In this document: positions 56,036 through 64,000 of the stretch, piece by piece
Position numbering within the stretch: the stretch's first letter is position 1
Layout of the letters: the number at the start of each line of letters is the position of its first letter
Assembly: GCA_951406725.2 (NCBI GenBank)
Contig: OX597819.1
Coordinates: 81,654,001 to 81,718,000 of the forward strand
DNA from: Octopus vulgaris
Lineage: Eukaryota
Length of the DNA: 64,000 nt
Reading direction: 5' to 3'
Position numbers and translations under genes: made by a program
Notes under the pieces: model-generated
What the model was told of the DNA's origin: nothing
The model's database searches: none
Seen by the model: the letters and a program-made list of their open reading frames with translations, nothing else

Positions 56036-57437
56036 TAACTCTAAAGGGTGAAATTCTGTTTTAAGCACTCCATAAAACCCTTCATAACTTTATTTTGGGG
56101 TATTTTCAGAAAATTTTTGAAAATTTGTATTCTACATACAGGAATTCATATGACTATCAGGAAAAAAATTTCTTATTAATTTTGTGAAATTTAAAAATTT
56201 TTAATTTTTCGAATTTTGTTTTTAAATCACAGTTTAAAATATGCATAGACTAAATTATTTGCTTAAATCCCACCTGTAGACCAATTAATGTGTTCATACG
56301 GAGAAAGATATTGAAAATCATCAATACACCGGTAACAAAGAACTGAGGAGAGTATCAGGTGGTCATGAGAGATGCTAAAAATAACAGCTAAATAGCTCTT
56401 AAATCACACGCAAAAACGCTTTGCTTGTTTTTGCATAATCGTATGGATTCCTATGTTACAACACAAACTTAGTCTTTTACTTGTTTCCGTCTGTGTGAAG
56501 ACCTCGTAAAAGGCATGTGACATATGAATGAGAAAACATGGCTTTTTTAAATGACCTACACGATATATGTAGGCATATCTACACAAGTGTGTCCCCACTC
56601 TGATTTTGTTTCCTCAAAACTTCCACTAAGATGGATATTTTTTAATGAAATTTTCTACAAATACGCTCCAGATGGTGTAGACTCTGATTATATTGGAATT
56701 TGTAATGAAAAAGTTTTTTTTTTTGTTTTTTTTTCTGAATAGCGGGTGAGGAGTTTCGAAAAATTCCCATGAATTGGCTTTATTTCTTATATTTCAGAAA
56801 AATAGGTAAATTTTTTTATAAGATTTTATACATATACCTCACAGAATCTATAGATTACGGTTATATCGAAATTTAATATGAAAAAGTTTATTGGTGGAAA
56901 GGTACACATACATATTGACTTGAAATTTCGAAAAAATACATACAAGTCCACCAATTTTCTTTTTTAAATAATAAAACGATTTAATCGCAATCTACACATT
57001 CTGAAAGGAAATTGTAGAAAATTTCGTTTAAAAATATTCATTTTCCTGAAAGATATGAAGAAACAAAGCTAAACCGTGTGTATTTTCCGAAACAACTTAC
57101 TCCATCTTCTAATGATAATATATATACATATCATCCACCTTTAAGTGGCTTTGACATTCAAGCTAAAGTAGAAATTATCTATGACTAGGTAAATTTGTAA
57201 ATGAAGATGACTGGTGGGGTCTATAAATTTTGATTTCAAATGTAGACTTGGGAAGGTGACTTCATCGATATTTATGGTCAAAGGGAGATAATTGCATTTG
57301 GGTGATGCTCATAATTCCTTTAACGTACGTTCGAGGCAGATTAAGATCAACGTGACCTGGTGTACAGAAGTGTGATGTAACATGAAATATACGATGAACT
57401 ATATAAAACATAAAATAATGTAGTATATAAAAATGTA

Positions 57438-57848
57438 GGCAATCTTTCGTCTCTAGTAGACCTTTCCGTCGATTTCCGTAAAAAATTTTTTTTTCTTACA
57501 TATGGGCTTGCGGGAACTTTTGAAGTAATGAGAGCGAAAGAGACTAAGAGAAAGCGATTGTATGACGAGGGAAGTTCTTTTGAAGTTACCGAAGCATTGA
57601 TGTACATGTGTGTGTGTGTTTGATGGGGTGTGGGAGACAGACAGTATGTTGTGTAAGTGAAGTGCTTCTGTTAGTGTGTGTGAAGAGACAGAGTAATGTG
57701 TGAAAGAAAGAGATAACTGAAATTTTTTACTCGGTGTATGTGTATATGTATGCATATTACTTCAAAAGTTCCCGCAAGCCCATATGTAAAAAAAAAAAAT
57801 TTTTTTACGGAAATCGACGGAAGGGTCTACTAGAGACGAAAGATCGCC
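57438..57848. mobile_element. MITE with ~92-bp TIRs, GG termini and an 8-bp TSD (Merlin-like)
   Basis: GGCAATCTTTCGTCTCTAGTAGACC... / ...GGTCTACTAGAGACGAAAGATCGCC. TSD AAAATGTA at 57430-57437 and 57849-57856. Confidence 0.88.
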
Positions 57849-58829
57849 AAAATGTATAATATTGCAAAATAAATATATGAACATAACAATTATAGATAAT
57901 ATTATGTAATAATATATTGGCATGGCTAAAAATTTTGCTATCCAAACACGTGGTTTCGGGTTCAGTCCTACTGCATGGCACCTACAACTTCAGGCCTCAT
58001 GCATGTATTAGGTAAAAAGTTACTGAAAGAATCCCATCGTGTGTGTGTGTGTGTATAGGCATAACTACAGATTTCTGCCCCCGCCCCACTTAGGGCTTTG
58101 AATAATCATAACTTTCAGAGAAATGAGTATTTTTCAATGAAATTTTAATTTTCTATGAATATGTGTTATATGATGTAGATACTGAATATATAAAATTTTG
58201 AGAAAAGTGTGTTTTAGGAGGTGGGGATTTCGAAACATTCACTGGAGTCCACTTTAATTCGTCTTAACTTTCAGGAAAATTGATATTTTTCAATGAAATT
58301 CTCTACAAATATCATACTTCGGACTATGTAGATTCCGAAGACGTAAGAAAACAATTGGGGGTTATTTTTGAGAACTGTTCCCCTCTCGAGGGTGTTTCGG
58401 AACAAGTCGTCCATATTTGTTTCATTTTCTCGTTTTGTGCGTTTGTGCATCCGTAGATTTCTACCACACACACACACACACACACACACTAACACACTAA
58501 CACACACACACACACACACATAATTTTAAAAGTTCAAACAGGGACTTATTCTATTCAATGTTATGTTTATTATAGAGATTATGTAACAAATTATACTTTA
58601 CACTTCTATATTTAACTGTGCGTGTATATTCCTTATTTTTGCTTCTGGTGTCTTCTGCCTATTAGAAACGTTTACCTGGGAATTTACTTAAAGTGGGGGA
58701 AAAATCGTATGTCACAGATAAGTTGTCATAATAACATATTTCTGTGTACCAGACCTTTAGCTGTTATTTTTAGCATAACGTGTTTTCTGGTGAGGGCTTC
58801 ATTTGCCTGTTGTTTCGGTAGAAATCTAC

Positions 58830-59380
58830 GGATGCAATATGTACCGAGAGGGATAAAAATCAAACATCCAGTCAACATCATGGTGTTTGGAGTGATCACT
58901 AGTGATGGCGACGTTATGCTTCCATCTATCTTCCCACGCGGCCTCAAACTCGATACAGAGGCCTACATCAACAGGCCACATAAGCAGGAGAACCTAGTCA
59001 TGACAATTTCTGCGACTACATCATCCATAACATTTGACCACCTAACTCCCCAGACTGCAACCTCCTTGATTATTATGCTTGGGGTGCAGTTGAGCGAGAG
59101 ACAAACAAAACTCCTCGTAACACCAAAAACGAACTGAAGGCAAGGATTATGGCAGCATTCACCAACTTAAACAAGGAGACTGTCCAGAAGAGTTACAGGA
59201 GATTCCAAAGTCGTCTGGAGACCGTAGTTGAAACCAATGGCGATTTTATTGAATAAATTTACTCTTTAGCATTTCAAGATATTTTAATGTAATTCTAGTA
59301 AATATATCTGTTCAAATGAGATGTCAGTGTTATTTTCATTTTTGTGTGATTTAGACAACAGTTTATTTACCACACCCTGA
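58830..59380 (+). mobile_element. 3' part of a decayed Tc1/mariner-superfamily (maT/DD37D-like) transposon
   Basis: KHPVNIMVFGVITSDGDVM, then *PPNSPDCNLLDYYAWGAVE...VVETNGDFIE*, with an internal deletion. TIR-like end ccacaccctg near 59380. Confidence 0.8.
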
Positions 59381-59989
59381 ATATCATCATCATCATTTAA
59401 CGTCCGTTTTCCATGCTAGCATGGGTTGAACGGTTCGACCAGGGTCTGGAAGCCATGGAGGCTGCACCAGGCTCTAGTCTGATTTGGTAATGTTTCTACA
59501 GCTGGATGCCCTTCCTAACGCCAACACACACACGCACACACACATTCGTACATATACTTTATATTAGGTTTGATGATGTGTGTGTTGATGCATGAAACTC
59601 TCAATGTCACTTTGTAACTTCTGCTGATCAAATAAAAATATATATGTTATATATGGGTGGGGGAGATAGAGCATGCTTGTGCGTATGTATTTGTGTGTGC
59701 ATTTATGTCTTATGTCACATGATGGCTGTAAATGAGTGCTATCAAAAAAAGAAAAAGAAAGAAAAACCATATCTGACCATGGAGAAATATTGCCTCACTT
59801 GGGAATTGGTCAGGGTTGGCCACAAGAAGAGCATCTGGCCATAGAAAAGCTACCTCAACAAATTTCAGTTGACCCATGCAAACATAGGAAAAGGGACATT
59901 TAAACAACAACGTTAATGACAATCATGACTATGATGACGACAATGACGACTGATGATGATGAGGAGGAGGATTTTATATATCATATATA

Positions 59990-60380
59990 GGTGCAGGAGT
60001 GGCTGTGTGGTAAGTAGCTTGCTTACCAACCACATGGTTCTGGGTTCAGTCCCACTGTATGACACCTTGGACAAGTGTCTTCTACTATAGCCTCAGGCCG
60101 ACCAAAGCCTTGTGAGTGGATTTGGTAGACAGAAACTGAAAGAAGTCCATCGTATATATGTATATGTGTGTGTGTGTGTCTGTGTTTGTCCCCCCCAACA
60201 TCGCTTGACAACCGATGCTGGTGTGTTTACATCCCTTTAACTTAGCAGTTCGGCAAAAGAGACCGATAGAATAAGTACTAAGCTTACAAAGAATAAGTCC
60301 TGGGGTCGATTTGCTCGACTAAAGGCAGTGCTCCAGCATGGCCGTAGTCAAATGACTGAAACAAGTAAAAGAGTAAGAGT
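59990..60380 (+). mobile_element. Full-length, well-preserved tRNA-derived SINE (head + microsatellite + tail A)
   Basis: A-box-like tggctgtgtggtaag, B-box-like ggttcagtccc; ends aaatgactgaaacaagtaaaagagtaagagt. Many diverged copies in the window (e.g. 46172-46770, 47985-48350). Confidence 0.9.
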
Positions 60381-61935
60381 GACAGTTACTTCTAAGTTTT
60401 GTTATGTGCAATGTTTGGCCATGGTGTTCTTATGCAGGGGAGTTGTCAAATTTCCAGTTGTTATCATTGGTGTTAGTAGTAATGGGACAAATATAGTATA
60501 TAGATGTTAGATGTCTGCTTTTGTATGTTCGTATGCCTTTGCGCATGTGTGAGTGTGCACATGTGTGGTTGTGTGTGTGTGTGTGTGTGAGTGTATGTGT
60601 TTTATGTTTGTACTCTTAAGTGTGTGTGTGTGTGTATATTTGGATACATCGGTAAGTTTGAATGCAATGTTTTTGAAGTTGTTGAACAACTCCATTGCAA
60701 GGGTATCTGAAATATTTTTTAGAATTTATGGTGTTCCTTAGAGATGTGGTCTGGAGAATAAGTGAGGAGGAAGAGGTGAGGAATATCATTTTTGGTCAGT
60801 TTCTAGACCTAGCTGCTAAGAGATAGTGGATTAGCAACAGATATGGTATGCATGTGTGAAACAAGCCTGTGTTTGTATGTGTAGATATATGAATGTGTAC
60901 ATGTCAGACATGTTTCTTTTTATGTATGTATATGTATGTATATGTGCATGTTTCTATATATAAGTGTGTGTGTGTGTATGTGTATGAATGTAAGTTCCTT
61001 GTGTGTGTATGTGTGGTGAGATTAAGTGTCATGCTTGAGACAATCATTATAAGTTTAAGTAATCATCATCATTTAATAGCTATTTTCCATGCTGGCATGA
61101 GTTTGATAGAACCCGATGACCTGCAGGCCTATGTCAAACTCCTGCAACAATTTGGTGTGGTGTCTACAGAAGTATGCCTTTCCTAACCACCAACAAGTTC
61201 TTAGTGCCAACCACAGCAATTCATATACACTAGATATTCCTAGACAGAAATATACACCCACATGTGTGTGTGTGTGTGTCTGTGTGTGTTTGTGTTTGTG
61301 CAAGGTTGATTTGCTAATTAATATTTTAATTAGGGCTAAGGCAGCAAGCTGGCAGTACACTGAGCAAAAGTTCTCAGTTCAAATTCCACCAAGGTTAACT
61401 GTGCCTTTCACCCTTTCATGCTCAATAAAATAAGTACCAGTTGAGCACTGGGGTTGATGTAATTGATTTACCCTCTCCCCTGAAATTGCTAGCCTTGTGC
61501 CAAAATTTGAAGCCAATATTTTAATTCAGACTGAATTATTTATTTATAATATTTATAATATTTATATCTATAATATTTACGTGCCACCGGCACGTAAAAA
61601 GCACCATCCGACCATGGCCATTTGCCAGCCTCGTCTGGCATGTAAAAAGCACCCACTACACTCACGGAGTGGTTGGTGTTAGGAAGGGCATCCAGCGTAG
61701 AAACATTGCCAGATCAGACTGGGCTTGGTGCAGCCTTCTGGCTTCCCAGACCCCAGTTGAACCGTCCAACCCATGCTAGCATAGAAAGCGGACGCTAAAC
61801 GATGATGATGATGATGATGATGAAGGTTGTGCTTTGAATATCTTTCTCACCATTTTCTTCAGTAGAAATTCTATTGTTTTAATGTTTGAAATTTTAGATC
61901 AGTACCATACTTACAATTGTTTATATTCTTCAAAG

Positions 61936-62044
61936 GTTGAAATGACTGGCAGCAGCATCTTTGATTACATTCACCAACAAGATCATGGGGAATTGTCGGA
62001 ACAGTTAGGACTTTGTGTTCCACAGAACAACTGCACATCCAACA
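61936..62044 (+). CDS. trh: Next coding exon of the trh/NPAS1/3-like gene (PAS-A): VEMTGSSIFDYIHQQDHGELSEQLGLCVPQNNCTSN
   Basis: Acceptor ttatattcttcaaAG. Continues the previous exon in phase 0 (LGLSQ|VEMTGSSIFDY is the canonical Trh/NPAS3 junction). Donor GTatgt at 62045 (phase 1). Lies within ORF 61834..62127. Confidence 0.93.
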
Positions 62045-63004
62045 GTATGTATCTTATCTTTTCTCCCCACCCCCACCACAACCTCCCGCCTTCTTTCATA
62101 ACAACACTAAGTTTAAATTATCACTAGAATTATCATAGTCAAACAGAAACTTGCGGTAGTCATATTAAGCAATTTTAGAATCTCAGTCACATTTTCAGTA
62201 GTTTTCATTTAAAATTTAAAGTTCTATATATCTCATTTTAATTAATTAATTTTTCATAATCACAACTATTATTGCTGTTGTTGTTTTGCAGTCCTAGAAT
62301 AGTCCTGATAAATAGATCTAGTGATTTTCAGCTACGTCAAAGGTCTTGAACTCAGCACTGAAAGTATAAAAAAGTGGTTGTTAATAATGAAAATGCTCCT
62401 GCTGCCTACTATTATTGATGTTGTTAATGTTTATAGCCCAAGGTCACTCTTGTCAAGCAGACTTATCATCATAAGCTTATGAGTCCATCACCAAGTAAGA
62501 GGGTTACATGAAAATTTTGTACTTGAATGTGTCTTTTTATAAGATGGTAGGGTTTGCTTCAAGACGATCTAGTTGTGACTACCACATTTTTTTTATCTCT
62601 GAAACCTAGCATATCTAAGATCACATCACCCAATGTATCCTTCTTTTCTAGTGTAGTTTGAGGGAGATTTGGTTCTCTTTCTAGCAGGTTGAAAGATAGC
62701 CATTTAGAGGCTCTAGTATTGAATCCATTAATAGATTGGCTTCTATCAAGCACATAGAAGCTTTTTCATAGTCCAGTCACATTTTTAGTAGTTTTCATTT
62801 AAAATTTAAAGTTCTATATATCTCATTTTAATCAATTAATTTTTCATAATCACAACTATTATTGCTGCTGTTGTCCTAGAATAGTCCTGATAAATAGATC
62901 TATGACGAAAGACATTCCAGCCTTCCAACCATAACTTCCCTGTATTTGTTGTTTTTATTATTTATTCATTTATTTATTTATTTATTTATATTTTTTTCTT
63001 ATAG

Positions 63005-63094
63005 GTGGAGGTGTACCATCACCAGGTTCTAACTCTGATGAGGGTTCGAGTACAAATCATTCCCGATCAATGACGCCTCCGCTTGGAGAACGCT
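63005..63094 (+). CDS. trh: Following coding exon of the trh/NPAS1/3-like gene (Ser/Pro-rich insert): (S)GGVPSPGSNSDEGSSTNHSRSMTPPLGER
   Basis: Strong acceptor tttttttcttatAG, donor GTgagt at 63095. 90 nt, phase 1/1, matching the phase-1 donor of the previous exon with no stop codon. GC-richer than its flanks. Confidence 0.8.
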
Positions 63095-63411
63095 GTGAGT
63101 ATATTTTCAAATAATGTCCCAGATAATTTTGCAAACTATTTCTCATTGCTATTCTCTCTTCTAAAAGAGGAAAATAGACAGAGAAAACGTAACGCAATTT
63201 CTGAAAAGCTTATGAGAACACACTCTTTTGGCAGGACAAGTTTTAAGACACTTAATCAGATTTGTTTAAATTGGGCTCTTTTCCAAAAGAAGACCCCATG
63301 CCAAGAGAAGACCCTGTGTCAAGAGAGGGCACTGCACCAAGAGAGGGCTCCATGTACATACTCAAACAAATGACACTATGATGAATTTTTAATACATTAT
63401 TGTGGCTAATG

Positions 63412-63660
63412 GTGGAGGTGCATGGCTTAGTGGTTAGAGTGTCAGCATCATGATCATAAGATTGAGGTTTCGATTCCTGGACCAGGCGACACGTGTTCTT
63501 GAGCAAAACACTTCATTTGATGTTGCTCCAGTCCACTCAGCTGGCAAAAATGAGTAACACTGTGAAGGACTCGCGACCTGTCCAGCTGGGGAACACATAC
63601 ACCATAGAAACCAGGCCCATGAGCCTGACTAGGCTTTAAAAGGGTGCGTTTATTTTATTA
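63412..63660 (+). mobile_element. tRNA-derived SINE (family-3-like head)
   Basis: A box TGGCTTAGTGG, B box GTTTCGATTCC, no clean cloverleaf, (TTTTA)-like tail. Confidence 0.7.
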
Positions 63661-64000
63661 TTTTATTGTGGCTAAATGTGGAGCCTCAAGCCTTCAACAT
63701 GTTTTGGCTGGGATTGACATACTACACAAAGTATAAAGTGTCAATTTTTGGCTTTTGTAGAATAGAGAGACCCACTGACAATCCTCTAATTGGGCCTCAC
63801 ACTCCCTAGTGCTGACCCACTTTTGGGTTAATATTCCATCTGACATAAGGTGGCGAGCAGAAATGTTAGCATGTTGAGTGAAATGTTTAGCAGTATTTTG
63901 TCTGTCTTTACTTTCTGAATTCAAATTTCGCCAAGGTCAACTTTGCCTTTCATCCTTTTGGGTGGGGGTGAGGGTTAATAAATTAAGTACCAGTTGTGTA

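Noticed and set aside
63412-63490. Possible tRNA gene (also 45926-46000 and 59990-60060)
   Set aside because: A and B boxes are present but there is no proper cloverleaf, and each continues into a repeated SINE body.

Overview
AT-rich, microsatellite-saturated eukaryotic DNA. The SINE repertoire looks like that of Octopus (coleoid cephalopod); this is inferred from repeat style, not proven. The window appears to lie entirely inside one large + strand gene, a bHLH-PAS transcription factor of the trachealess/NPAS1/NPAS3 type. Three coding exons are visible (23370-23459, 61936-62044, 63005-63094). They splice in frame to give part of PAS-A and a Ser/Pro-rich linker, with a ~38.5 kb intron between the first two. 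No bHLH exon was found in 1-23369. The rest is intronic: several tRNA-derived SINE families, RTE and CR1-like LINE fragments, decayed mariner/maT transposons and foldback MITEs with clear target-site duplications. Nearly all ORFs in the supplied track are microsatellite artefacts. The most interesting signals are a set of hammerhead-ribozyme-like cores, most in short cassettes embedded in (TA)n tracts; a near-perfect ~347-bp-arm palindrome; an older ~610-bp inverted duplication; two GG-ended MITEs with 8-bp TSDs (Merlin-like); and a young RTE insertion with an open frame and a 15-bp TSD.
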